Assembly (NCBI GenBank): GCA_030688545.1
Contig: JAUYHT010000001.1
Span: forward strand, 53,195-85,194
Length of the DNA stretch: 32,000 bases
Source of the DNA: Candidatus Iainarchaeum sp.
Lineage (GTDB): Archaea > Iainarchaeota > Iainarchaeia > Iainarchaeales > VGJJ01
Direction of reading: 5' to 3'
The translations under genes and the position numbers were made by a program. Positions 16,424-25,182 of the stretch are shown here, in pieces. Every line of letters begins with the position of its first letter. Positions within the stretch are counted from its first letter, which is position 1. The notes below the pieces were generated by a model that worked only from the letters and a program-made list of their open reading frames with translations, searched no databases and was not told the origin of the DNA.

Positions 16424-17341
16424 CTATTTTTTAGTCGTCTCTTGGGGGAAGAGCGCCCGATAGGTTTCCGTAAGAGCTTCTTTGGTGGAGAGTTTGGGTT
16501 TCCACCCTGTCGCCATGGCTTTCGAGATGTCATACGCCCGGTGTTTCTTCAGTCGACGCACATGGGGGGGAATGAGCAATTGCTTTTTTCCCGTGGTCAT
16601 TTGTATCAACCAAAAAATACGCGCGATTCCCATTCCCATCCAATAGGGGATGTGCCCCACCTTCTTCGTCCCTTGGATATCCGCGATGATGTCCACCACT
16701 TCTCGCAGGGTATGTCGTTCTTGCTCCGCCAAGATGAATGTTTCCCCGGCTGTTTTCTTGTTCCCGATGCAGTGAATAATAAATCCCGCCAAATCCGTCA
16801 CGTGGACCATCTGCCAGGCATTCTTTCCTTTTCCCACGAGTGGAAATCCTTTTTTCACCGTTCTGAATATTTGTTTCCAATACCCATTCGGTCCCATGAT
16901 GAGGGGCGGGCGGATGATAGTAATAGCCATACGATTCGCATATTCCCTAACCGCGTCTTCCCCCGCTTTCTTGCTCCGTTCATAAGCCGTTTTCGGGTGC
17001 AGGGCGCTGTGCTCATTCACTTCCTCATGCGTCTCCCCGTACACCGCGACGCTGCTGATGTGGATAAATTGTTTCACGCCGTTCGCCTGGGAGGCGCGCA
17101 GAACTTTTTGTGTTCCCTCCACATTAATCGCGAAAACTTCTTTTTCAGGCTTGCTCTCATCCACTTCCCCCGCCGTATGGATAACTATTTGGCATCCTCT
17201 CATGGCTTTCTCAACCGCTGCATAATCCAATATGTCAATTCCTTTTTCTCTGGCGCATTCCACGATCATATGTTTATTCCCTATTTTCTCCATTACCTCC
17301 TTTCCCACCATCCCCGTGCTGCCCGTCAGGAATATTTTCAT
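16424..17341 (-). CDS. NAD-dependent epimerase/dehydratase family (extended SDR) protein
   Basis: Start at ATG 17341 (MKIFLTGSTGMVGKEV is the Rossmann GxxGxxG motif), with the YERSK catalytic YxxxK block. The longer track ORF would overlap the upstream peptidase gene. Confidence 0.85.
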   Translation of the reverse strand: MKIFLTGSTGMVGKEVMEKIGNKHMIVECAREKGIDILDYAAVEKAMRGCQIVIHTAGEVDESKPEKEVFAINVEGTQKVLRASQANGVKQFIHISSVAVYGETHEEVNEHSALHPKTAYERSKKAGEDAVREYANRMAITIIRPPLIMGPNGYWKQIFRTVKKGFPLVGKGKNAWQMVHVTDLAGFIIHCIGNKKTAGETFILAEQERHTLREVVDIIADIQGTKKVGHIPYWMGMGIARIFWLIQMTTGKKQLLIPPHVRRLKKHRAYDISKAMATGWKPKLSTKEALTETYRALFPQETTKK

Positions 17342-17346
17342 TTGTT

Positions 17347-18174
17347 TCACCCGCTCCATCCCAAAGGGAATAGGATCATTCCCCATTCTGGCAATAGGTA
17401 GGCGATGACCATTCCCAAGAAAAGGAATGGTCCGAACCGGGGGAGGTTCCGGTACACCGGAATGGTATGAATTTCCAATTGTTTCAACCGTTTGGCTTCT
17501 GTCGGCCCGATCAATGTAGGAAATTTTCCCCCCCATTTGGTCTTTGTTTTTGTATCCAAATGCTCGATGGCCACCACCTCATCCTCCTCAATCGTTTCCA
17601 CGGATAGGTGTTGGAGGAATTGCTTGGCTTTGATTTCATCCTCGAATACTTGATAAAGCAGTCCGCTTCCCAGCGCCAAGGCGAAAATGAGAATGGCGAG
17701 GAGCGGGAAAATGGGATTAATGGCCATGTAGGTTAACGCGCCCACCGTCACGAGCAAATACACCATCGTCTTCCCCCACTTTTTTTTCTTCCACTCTATC
17801 CGGGGCCGGGTCTTCCACAGTTGGCCCACGTACACAAAACCGAAAACGATGCTCGCCAGCAGGGTCGCCACCAGAAGGACTACTAGGGGAAACAGCATGC
17901 CCCCAAAAACAGGTTGCACCAGAGCAATACCGGCCAGCAATTTGATATCCCCGCCCCCTATTTTACCGGTACGATAAGCCAATTTCCCTATCAGATAGAT
18001 TCCTGCCCCCAGGACTATTCCCAGCCAGTTCTGCGTGAGGAGACTAAGAATAATTCCCAACCCAATGAGGGGGTAGGTGATCCAATCATAGATGTAACCA
18101 GTCTTCCAATCCGTGTACGCCGCGAGTGCCCCGGCCAACAGGTTGGCGCCCATTTGGATGAGGGGAATGACCAT
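17347..18174 (-). CDS. A24-family prepilin/preflagellin peptidase (PibD/FlaK-like)
   Basis: 275 aa polytopic membrane protein. The first Asp region is AAYTDWKTGYIYD and the second catalytic motif is GGGDIKLLAG. Confidence 0.8.
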   Translation of the reverse strand: MVIPLIQMGANLLAGALAAYTDWKTGYIYDWITYPLIGLGIILSLLTQNWLGIVLGAGIYLIGKLAYRTGKIGGGDIKLLAGIALVQPVFGGMLFPLVVLLVATLLASIVFGFVYVGQLWKTRPRIEWKKKKWGKTMVYLLVTVGALTYMAINPIFPLLAILIFALALGSGLLYQVFEDEIKAKQFLQHLSVETIEEDEVVAIEHLDTKTKTKWGGKFPTLIGPTEAKRLKQLEIHTIPVYRNLPRFGPFLFLGMVIAYLLPEWGMILFPLGWSG

Positions 18175-18178
18175 TCGT

Positions 18179-19531
18179 TCACCGCAACTTGATCTTTTTC
18201 TTCTTCTGGAATTGCCCCAATAATTTTTGCAATCCTTTAGGGTCTTTCATGCTCTCTTCGTTTATATGCTTGAACTTGTCCACTGCTTTCTTGAGCTGGC
18301 GGTAATGCTTCAGCAGTTCCCTCACATCCCCTTCAGTATTTCCACTTCCTTTGGCGATGCGTCCGATGCGGGCGCTGGAAATTATTTCAGGGTCCCGCTT
18401 CTCCTGCATTGTCATGGAGTCCATCATCGCTTTGTAGGTGTCCAGTTTTTCTTCTCCTACTTCTAATTCTTCCTGGGGGATCTGCATCTTCAATCCCATC
18501 ATTTCCGCCACTTTGGACAATGGCCCCATCTTCCGGGTGGCCGTCAGTTGCGCGTAAAACGTCTGTAAGGTAAAGGGTCCCTCCAGCGGATTTTCACCCA
18601 TTCCTGCGTCGGCTTTGAGTTCATTCATTTTCTCTAATAGCCCTTTCAGATCCCCATACCCCATGACTCTTGACAAATACCTATCCGCATGGAAGGCTTC
18701 CAGATCATTGATCTTCTCCCCCACCCCAATGAAGTACACGGGGGCTTTGGTCGCCCGGCACGCGCTCAACGCCCCTCCTCCTTTAGCGCTTCCGTCCATG
18801 CGAGTGAGGATGACCCCATTCACCCCTACGGCTTCGTGGAAGGCCTTGGCCTGTTTTCGTGCCTGTTGCCCCACATCCGCTCCCAGCACCAGCCAGGTGT
18901 GTTCCGGTTTCAAAACGCGGTGAATACGCTGGATTTCCTCCACCAATGGAGCGTCCAATCCACTGCGTCCCGCGGAGTCCACGATAATGGTTTGCACCCC
19001 TTGCCCCAATAATTCCACTACCCCTTCCTGGACCACCCGGCTCGCGTCCTTCTCTTTGGGATTGGAGTAGAGGCTGGTCCCGGGTATTTTGGACTGAAGT
19101 TGTGTCAATTGGTCAATCGCCGCCGGGCGAAAGGTGTCGGCCGCGATCAATCCCACTTTGCGCCCGCGCTTGGCATAATAATGGGCTATTTTTCCAGCGC
19201 TGGTGGTTTTACCGCTGCCGAAGAGGCCCACTAATAAAATACTGGTGGGCTTTTCCGGAATGGGATTATTTTTTCCCCCCAATACGTCAATTAACCCATC
19301 ATACGTGAGGGAAATCAGATGCTCTTTACGACTCATCCCTTTGGGGATATCTTCCTTCAATGCCGCCTCCTCGAGCTGGCGGCTGAGGCTCAAAACCGTT
19401 TCCACATCCACGTCCGCGGAGAGTAAAGCCCGCTGCAGTTCTTTGGTCAACTGCTTCACGCTGTCCTTGTCCACCACCCGCAAGGAGGAGAAGGAATCGA
19501 ACGCTTTCCGCAAGCTTTCCCCGAGGCCCAT
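18179..19531 (-). CDS. srp54: Signal recognition particle protein SRP54
   Basis: 450 aa with an N domain, G domain (GLFGSGKTTS, DTFRPAA, TRMDG) and a Met-rich M domain. Confidence 0.95.
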   Translation of the reverse strand: MGLGESLRKAFDSFSSLRVVDKDSVKQLTKELQRALLSADVDVETVLSLSRQLEEAALKEDIPKGMSRKEHLISLTYDGLIDVLGGKNNPIPEKPTSILLVGLFGSGKTTSAGKIAHYYAKRGRKVGLIAADTFRPAAIDQLTQLQSKIPGTSLYSNPKEKDASRVVQEGVVELLGQGVQTIIVDSAGRSGLDAPLVEEIQRIHRVLKPEHTWLVLGADVGQQARKQAKAFHEAVGVNGVILTRMDGSAKGGGALSACRATKAPVYFIGVGEKINDLEAFHADRYLSRVMGYGDLKGLLEKMNELKADAGMGENPLEGPFTLQTFYAQLTATRKMGPLSKVAEMMGLKMQIPQEELEVGEEKLDTYKAMMDSMTMQEKRDPEIISSARIGRIAKGSGNTEGDVRELLKHYRQLKKAVDKFKHINEESMKDPKGLQKLLGQFQKKKKIKLR

Positions 19532-19848
19532 AGTATCTCATAACCTGGGGGAGGAATGATTATAAGAATGGGTAATTTTAACGAAAAACGGCCAGTTTTA
19601 TCCTGCTTAAGGTAGACCATGTAGATTGGGACGAACGTGGTGGATGAAAATATTCTTTTTTTTAGGATGGGTGTGAGCATTTTTTTCAATAGTTTTTTTG
19701 AAAAAAGGTTGATAGGTAAACGGTTGGATACCGCATTCTTACCAGGCACCATCAACCCCACATCCCTTAATGATGAATAACGCGAATCCTATGCTGCCTA
19801 CAGGCAGTTAGGGTATCGCGATAATTAAGCGGGAAGTATTACCTTGTC

Positions 19849-21060
19849 TTAAGCCATGGGAATAATCCTATCCAAGAAAGAATCCATATCGAAGGGAATA
19901 AGATCATCGTATCCTTGCCCCACTCCGAAAAACACCACGGGTTTCTTCAGCGCGTGCATGACTGAAATAACCCCTCCCCCCTTGGTGTCAGTGTCCAGTT
20001 TCGTGAGGATAAATCCGTCCACCCCGATAGCGGTGTCGAATGTTCTGGCTTGGGTCAATATGGCCTGTCCCGTGAAGCTTTCCCCCACGTACCATTTCAA
20101 ATGAGGTTGGATGACCCGCTGGATTTTTTTCAATTCTTCCAGGAGATTTTTGTTGGTGTCCTGCCTTCCCGCGCTGTCGATCAACACCACATCCGCTTTC
20201 TCCGCACGGGCGGCATTTACGGCATCATACGCTACGGCGGCCGGGTCAGCGCCATAGGTGTGCTTCACCAGGCGCACGCCTAATGCATTAGCATGGATCT
20301 GCAGTTGTTCGATGCTTCCCGCCCGAAAGGTGTCGGCGCTCGCGAGCACCACTTTTTTCCCTTGCTGTTGGAAGCGATGGGCCAGCTTAGCAATCGTAGT
20401 GGTCTTTCCCGCCCCATTCGGGCCCAATATAAGAATGATACAGGGGTGGTGAGAGGCCACGATGCTATCCACATCCACTTCCTCCACGTCAATGATCTGA
20501 TGCAGGGCGGCCTTGATTTCGGTGAGAATGACCTTTGTCGGGTTTTCCCGCGTGGAAATGGTTTTGTTGGAAAGGCGAGCGTGTAATTCTTCCACCAGAG
20601 CAGTAGCGGTCTCCAGTTCCACATCCGCTTCCAGCAGGGATAATTCGAATTCCTCGAGGAAAGCTTTCACGGTTTCCTCATCCAATGTGAGCGTTCCCGT
20701 GAGCATCCCTCCCATGCGGGAAATAATGCCCACTTTGGCCGTGAGGGGGCGTTCATCCCTCCCTTTCATCTCGGGAAGGGCCTCCGATTTCAGTTTAGAG
20801 GGTTGCGCGGGTTGGTCTTCCGATTCCGCGATGCGGGTGATTTCATCGGCCTGCATTACATTGTCAGGTATGGCGTCCATTACCTTGTCGGGAACAGGAC
20901 TTTCCTCCGGCATTTGAGGCAGATTCACTTCCGAATCATTCGCGTTTCCTGTTTCCATGTCTGATTCGGGTGGAGTGGGGTCAGCAGGCTTTTGGGTTTC
21001 GACGTTTCCCAGTACTTTTTGGGTGAACCCGGCGATCTTTTTTTTGAGCAGGTCGAACAT
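19849..21060 (-). CDS. ftsY: SRP receptor FtsY
   Basis: 403 aa with an acidic N-terminal region and an NG domain (GPNGAGKTTT, DTFRAGS, TKLD). Confidence 0.95.
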   Translation of the reverse strand: MFDLLKKKIAGFTQKVLGNVETQKPADPTPPESDMETGNANDSEVNLPQMPEESPVPDKVMDAIPDNVMQADEITRIAESEDQPAQPSKLKSEALPEMKGRDERPLTAKVGIISRMGGMLTGTLTLDEETVKAFLEEFELSLLEADVELETATALVEELHARLSNKTISTRENPTKVILTEIKAALHQIIDVEEVDVDSIVASHHPCIILILGPNGAGKTTTIAKLAHRFQQQGKKVVLASADTFRAGSIEQLQIHANALGVRLVKHTYGADPAAVAYDAVNAARAEKADVVLIDSAGRQDTNKNLLEELKKIQRVIQPHLKWYVGESFTGQAILTQARTFDTAIGVDGFILTKLDTDTKGGGVISVMHALKKPVVFFGVGQGYDDLIPFDMDSFLDRIIPMA

Positions 21061-21113
21061 GCGTTCCCATCCTTTTACAGATGAGAGGGTTACCCAGGAA
21101 AGGGGTTAAAACC

Positions 21114-21578
21114 CTATTTCTGGGCTTTCGTTTGGCGGGCTTGACGGATGGTCTGTAGGACCTGGTTGATTCCATTCAAATTGGTGGAAGTGGTTTGAAT
21201 ATCCTGGTCCACCACCTCCATCTCTTTTTCGAGCAATGCTTTTCTTTCCTCGAGTTCTTTCACCACGTCCTCCCGGGGGGCGTTCAGCACTACGTTCCCG
21301 GCGAGCATACGCTTGAATGTGTTGGGGGCTATTTTCCCTTCCACGAATACTCCGGCTCCCAGGGGCATGATGGACGTCATTTCCTTTTCATCCGATATTG
21401 CGTCCACGCTTTCGCGTACGCTCTGGTTCTCGAGGAGCATGTTTTCCGCCCCCTTGCGTCGGCGGATTAGTTCGTTCAGCTTTCGGCGTTCCGCCTGTTG
21501 GAGCTCCCGCACTTGCTGTACGCTCAGGGTGCGTTCCTCCTCGCGGGGCTTTTCATTCTTTTTTGTGGTTTCAACCAT
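21114..21578 (-). CDS. pfdA: Prefoldin alpha subunit
   Basis: 154 aa with coiled-coil / beta-hairpin / coiled-coil organisation (MPLGAGVFVEGKI central block). It sits in the conserved position between aIF6 and FtsY. Confidence 0.8.
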   Translation of the reverse strand: MVETTKKNEKPREEERTLSVQQVRELQQAERRKLNELIRRRKGAENMLLENQSVRESVDAISDEKEMTSIMPLGAGVFVEGKIAPNTFKRMLAGNVVLNAPREDVVKELEERKALLEKEMEVVDQDIQTTSTNLNGINQVLQTIRQARQTKAQK

Positions 21579-21633
21579 GCGTGTTCCTCCTTATCCATCA
21601 AAACCATTAAAATCCATCAAAACTTTGAAATGG

Positions 21634-22308
21634 TTACCTCATAATCAACCCCGGATTCAGCCCTTCGTCGATCCGGGCGAGTTCCGGGCCGCTGGTCAAT
21701 TCCCCCACCATAATCCCATGTTTATTCGCCAATATGGAATTGCCAATAAATGGATCCCCATAGTTGGCAGTGGTGCGCATCCCCGGGATTTTCAGCCAAT
21801 CCTCTATCTTCTGCATCTCCGCCGCCTCAGCTTTAGGATGAACCAAATAGCCTCGCTCATTTCCCACGAGGCAGGCCCCGGCCAGGTCGGATTTGGCGAT
21901 GGTGGAGCGGTGCAATACTTTCCCGAAGAAGGCTTCGATGGCCACCCGGTCTTTCTCAGGGATGAGATGACTGATCAGTCCGGCGTGGCGGTTGACATGC
22001 ACCAGGTTTCCCACTGCGCTGGTATCTCGCAAAACTAATGTGTCGATTCCCATGGCGCGCAGGGCATCCACTTCCTCTTCCTGCGTGCAGTTGGCAAGGG
22101 TGAATTTTTTTCCATATCCGCGAGATAATACTCCAATGAGGGGGCTGTCGGCGAGACGCGTGGGAAGGGTTTCAACTCCCAATGTTTCCGCAATACGTTT
22201 GCTCTCTTTCTGCTCCACGAATTCGGGGATTAAAGCGATTTCATCCGTGGTGCTGCAGAATATCCCCAGGTAGGGACTCCCGCGCAGGTTGATGGCTTTG
22301 ATGGTCAT
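21634..22308 (-). CDS. eif6: Translation initiation factor 6 (aIF6/eIF6)
   Basis: 224 aa with pentein repeats and recurring VGNL/IGN blocks. The start overlaps the L31e stop (ATGA). Confidence 0.9.
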   Translation of the reverse strand: MTIKAINLRGSPYLGIFCSTTDEIALIPEFVEQKESKRIAETLGVETLPTRLADSPLIGVLSRGYGKKFTLANCTQEEEVDALRAMGIDTLVLRDTSAVGNLVHVNRHAGLISHLIPEKDRVAIEAFFGKVLHRSTIAKSDLAGACLVGNERGYLVHPKAEAAEMQKIEDWLKIPGMRTTANYGDPFIGNSILANKHGIMVGELTSGPELARIDEGLNPGLIMR

Positions 22309-22823
22309 GGCTTTTCGGCCGGCGCGGTCGTTGGAGTGGCGGGTGGGGGGTTTGATTGGTCGGCCTTACCATCTGGAACCGTTGGGGCTTTCTCATCGGT
22401 TGTCTTAGGAGCGGTTTCCCCCTTCGTGGGGGCGTCTTTTTTGGTTGTTGTTTCCGTGGAAAGCGTCACTTTCGGGGTTGGTTTTTCCTTGGCATCCTTT
22501 TTCCCTTTGGCTTCGGCTTTCTTGGCTTCTTTGGCGGCGGCCTGCTCTTTCGCCACATATTCCTGGAGGTCTTTCCCTCCCTTCAGGAAGGCATACACCA
22601 TAGTTTCTTTCTTTTTTAGCACCACCTCAAGGCGGGGCACTTTCACATTCTTCCCGCGTGCCCAGATAGCATGATTAAGATCCGGGGACAATCGGATGTC
22701 TTTGGCTGGCGCCCGCGTGTGTTTGGTGATATAGTTCCGCACCGCAAAAACAACCTTGTTGGCATAACGTGTGCGGGGAATCCTAACCGCATTGTTCAAT
22801 CGGATGGTGTGGTCTTCTTTCAT
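22305..22823 (-). CDS. rpl31e: Ribosomal protein L31e with long Lys/Ala/Thr/Pro-rich C-terminal extension
   Basis: The N-terminal ~85 aa match L31e (IRLSPDLNHAIWARGKNVKVPRLEVVL). They are followed by ~85 aa of low-complexity KEAKKAEAKGKK...PPPATPTTAPAEKP. Confidence 0.9.
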   Translation of the reverse strand: MKEDHTIRLNNAVRIPRTRYANKVVFAVRNYITKHTRAPAKDIRLSPDLNHAIWARGKNVKVPRLEVVLKKKETMVYAFLKGGKDLQEYVAKEQAAAKEAKKAEAKGKKDAKEKPTPKVTLSTETTTKKDAPTKGETAPKTTDEKAPTVPDGKADQSNPPPATPTTAPAEKP

Positions 22824-22833
22824 GGGATCAGCC

Positions 22834-23121
22834 TCACGCGTATTTGTCCTTCTTCTTGTGCATGCGGTGGGTGTTCGTCTGGTGTTTCCCGGCGTTCCGC
22901 TTGGTGGCCTTGTATCCTTTCTTCCGGTTGTGTTCTTTCATTTTTTTCTTGAACATCTTTCCTAAATCGATGCTCCTCCAGTGCCGTTTGGCTTTGGTGT
23001 TGTAGATGCGCGCCCTCTTTTTTTGCATGGCGAAAACAGGGGCATTGGTCAAACCGGAGGTGATGCGTTGGCGCGTGACAATAATATGCTTCTTCATCTC
23101 CCGGTCTTTGTGGCTGCTCAT
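22834..23121 (-). CDS. rpl39e: Ribosomal protein L39e with basic C-terminal extension
   Basis: The core NAPVFAMQKKRARIYNTKAKRHWR aligns with the L39e RVPAWVMLKT....N.KRRHWR block. Synteny with L31e supports the call. About 40 extra Lys/His-rich residues follow at the C-terminus. Confidence 0.8.
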   Translation of the reverse strand: MSSHKDREMKKHIIVTRQRITSGLTNAPVFAMQKKRARIYNTKAKRHWRSIDLGKMFKKKMKEHNRKKGYKATKRNAGKHQTNTHRMHKKKDKYA

Positions 23122-23134
23122 ACATTTTCCTCGT

Positions 23135-23452
23135 TCATTTTCTCTTGATCGTGAATTCCTTCTTGGGTGGGGTAATTTGGGCGAGTAATCGTTTCACCTG
23201 GTCTTCGTCTATTTTACTTGGAAGTTTTCCCTGCCGGGCCGCCATGATCAGTGTGTGGGCCACTTGCAGGTATTTTTCCTTGTTCACCAGTCTCACGTTG
23301 TTCAGGCGCGTTTTGGCATCGGGCGTCAGCAGCGAGGCGAGCATTTGGTCCAACTCCCCTTCCATGCGGCGTTGGTTCTCTATTTCCTCGTAGCGTTTTT
23401 GGGCCCGCGCCCGCATCATCTCGTCCTGATTTTCCATTCCCTCCTCGCTCAT
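23135..23452 (-). CDS. PDCD5/TFAR19-like dsDNA-binding protein
   Basis: 105 aa. LLTPDAKTRLNNVRLVNKEKYLQV...QGKLPSKIDEDQVKRLLAQI matches the archaeal PDCD5-like family. It sits in the conserved position between S19e and L39e. Confidence 0.85.
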   Translation of the reverse strand: MSEEGMENQDEMMRARAQKRYEEIENQRRMEGELDQMLASLLTPDAKTRLNNVRLVNKEKYLQVAHTLIMAARQGKLPSKIDEDQVKRLLAQITPPKKEFTIKRK

Positions 23453-24039
23453 GTTTCCTCACTGGTCTTCTTCTTTTTGTCTTTGTATTTATCGGGATCC
23501 TCTTTCTTTCCTCGCTTGATGGCCGCGGTCACATCGCTTTCCGTCTTGGTGGCTTTGTGGAAGACGCGCTTCTTCTTGACTTTGGTCGCCAACCCCTCCA
23601 TCGCTGTACGGGAGGCCTGGTTGAGGAGTTTCTGCCCTTGGGGGGAGATGACGCGTCCCCCATTAGCTCCTTTTTGGACAAGGTGCGCGGTTTCCAGCTG
23701 CTGGAGGGCTAATCGAATGATCTTCCCCCCGGCCTTGCGGTGGCGATTGGGCTTCGTGCCCCTGTTTTTTCGTCCCCCATAATAGGTGCGCAGGCTCTCC
23801 GTCCCCACAGGTCCATCCTTGAAAACCCGGTATAGCACCGAGGCGCACCTCAAATACCACCAATCCGGGTCGGCTGGGGCGCGTTGGGCCTGTTGCCCAG
23901 TCTTCACGAAGGGGGCAAAGGGGGGAGATTGGACCATATTCTGCTCTTTGAAGGCGTGGGCGAGCTGGGACAGCAGGTCATTGGCTGGAACATCGTAGAC
24001 TCCCATTCTAATCCTCTCCTGGGTCATGCCTCTCGGCAC
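23449..24039 (-). CDS. rps19e: Ribosomal protein S19e with Lys-rich C-terminal tail
   Basis: The core starts at MGVYDVPANDLL (ATG 24006; alternative in-frame ATGs at 24027 and 24039), with WWYLRCASVLYRV and GGRKNRGTKP blocks. The tail is KRGKKEDPDKYKDKKKKTSEET. Confidence 0.9.
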   Translation of the reverse strand: MPRGMTQERIRMGVYDVPANDLLSQLAHAFKEQNMVQSPPFAPFVKTGQQAQRAPADPDWWYLRCASVLYRVFKDGPVGTESLRTYYGGRKNRGTKPNRHRKAGGKIIRLALQQLETAHLVQKGANGGRVISPQGQKLLNQASRTAMEGLATKVKKKRVFHKATKTESDVTAAIKRGKKEDPDKYKDKKKKTSEET

Positions 24040-24399
24040 ATGGGTTCAACAGCCTCATCTTGGTTTTGGAAACCAAAAATAGGCGTACTATTCTCATTCC
24101 CCTGGACAAGGTTTAAAAATAAGGGGGCCGGCCCCCTTTTGGGTCCAACAATGAAAGTTTTACCACTAGTGAAAATGGAGCGCGTGGAGCAAGTCAGCGC
24201 AGTAATTTTGCGGTCGAGGATAGTAGGAATCAAGTCCTTTCCTAGTTCTCCCTGATAGGGTTCCTCAGTCAAAGACATTCAAATCCCAGGGGGCAGAACA
24301 CCGAGGTATGTTCAGGATAGATGAAGCCGTTCGCCGTGTCATCGTATGGGGGGCCCTTTCGTTTCAAATCCGGGTCGGTTCAAAACATACCCTTTCGTT

Positions 24400-24744
24400 T
24401 CATGTGAGGGGGGATATTGCGAGATTGGATATCATCTTTCGTCGTGTGAGTTTTCCGCAGATGTGGCACACGAAATTCTTGGTCTTTCCTTTTACGCGAA
24501 TGGAAACGTTTTCTCCGTACACCCAATAATTTCCGCAACCCTTGCAGAAATGATTCCGCACCTCATCCGGAATGGCAACTCTGAAACGGGTGGATAATCC
24601 TTGAATAAGTTCCACGTAGCGCTTGCTTCGGGCCGGATTGGTATTCACTTCCTCCGCTGCCAACTCATCCAACCTAAACATGCGTTCCACCGCTATTTTC
24701 TGCTGGCCGGTGAGCGGGCGTACAAAACGGTTGGGTGTAGCCAT
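24400..24744 (-). CDS. rnp4: RNase P protein component 4 (Rpp21/Rpr2)
   Basis: 114 aa with an N-terminal helical region and a Zn ribbon CKGCG...(18 aa)...CHICG. Confidence 0.8.
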   Translation of the reverse strand: MATPNRFVRPLTGQQKIAVERMFRLDELAAEEVNTNPARSKRYVELIQGLSTRFRVAIPDEVRNHFCKGCGNYWVYGENVSIRVKGKTKNFVCHICGKLTRRKMISNLAISPLT

Positions 24745-24858
24745 ATATTCCTAACCCTGAGTGCTTGAAGTAATAATCTTTTGGGTTGCGGCAATCTCGG
24801 AGGGTTGGGTTCCTGGACACCGCGATATCGACTATTCCGAGATCGAAAAGTGGCTGTA

Positions 24859-24929
24859 TGCGGATGCCGGGAGTCGAACCCGGCCCCCGACCTTGGAAGG
24901 GTCGAATACTACCGATATACGACATCCGC
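24859..24929 (-). tRNA. tRNA-Gly (anticodon UCC)
   Basis: Hand-folded reverse complement: acceptor GCGGATG/CATCCGC; D stem GTAT/GTAT (two G-U pairs); anticodon stem CGACC/GGTCG with loop CT-TCC-AA; variable GGGG; T arm CCGGG-TTCGACT-CCCGG; discriminator A. No CCA is encoded and there is no intron. Confidence 0.85.
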
Positions 24930-25009
24930 AACCATAATGAATAATCGTACAAGAATGCTTATAAAAGCCCTATTGGCATCGGAATGAGATATGGAAAAAG
25001 AGCTTCGTA

Positions 25010-25072
25010 TTTTTTAAGAAAAAATTTTATTAAAAAATGGAAACTTTTTAGAAAAAAGTTTCATCAAAAAAC
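25010..25072. repeat. Second locus of the ~31-bp A/T palindromic unit (one intact, one decayed unit)
   Basis: 25041-25072 reads AAACTTTTTAGAAAAAAGTTTCATCAAAAAAC, almost identical to the units at 1230-1320. 25010-25040 is a degenerate copy. Confidence 0.85.
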
Positions 25073-25182
25073 CGCCTATTGTTTCACCTTACAGGGAGGC
25101 CATGCGTCACCCTTTCGAGTTGGCGAGCGATTAGGCGAGCGGGTCACCAAATTCATTCATCCAGTGCGTCCCGCGGATGAAA

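Noticed and set aside
17342-17536. N-terminal 65-aa extension of the SDR epimerase ORF
   Set aside because: It overlaps the 3' end of the A24 peptidase gene. The Rossmann motif starts right at the internal MKIFLTGSTG.
19532-19848. SRP (7S) RNA gene between ftsY and srp54
   Set aside because: The sequence is AT-rich. It lacks the conserved helix-8 and 5'-domain motifs and the GC-rich long helices expected of archaeal 7S RNA.
22820-23125. Alternative-frame 101-aa ORF over the L39e locus
   Set aside because: The other frame (22834-23121) carries the L39e signature (KRHWR block) and fits the conserved synteny.
24024-24278. 84-aa minus-strand ORF between S19e and rnp4
   Set aside because: It reads through a perfect GC palindrome plus T-run, overlaps the S19e start region, and resembles no known family.
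24350-24385. tRNA-like T-loop (GTTTCAAATCCGGG)
   Set aside because: The flanking 5-mers (TTCGT / CCGGG) do not pair adequately, and no acceptor, D or anticodon arms can be built.
24137-24399. RNase P RNA next to the Rpp21 gene
   Set aside because: The CR-I-like (AGGAAAGGAC) and CR-V-like (GAACGGCTTCA) strings are imperfect. They also occur in the wrong 5'-3' order on the minus strand.
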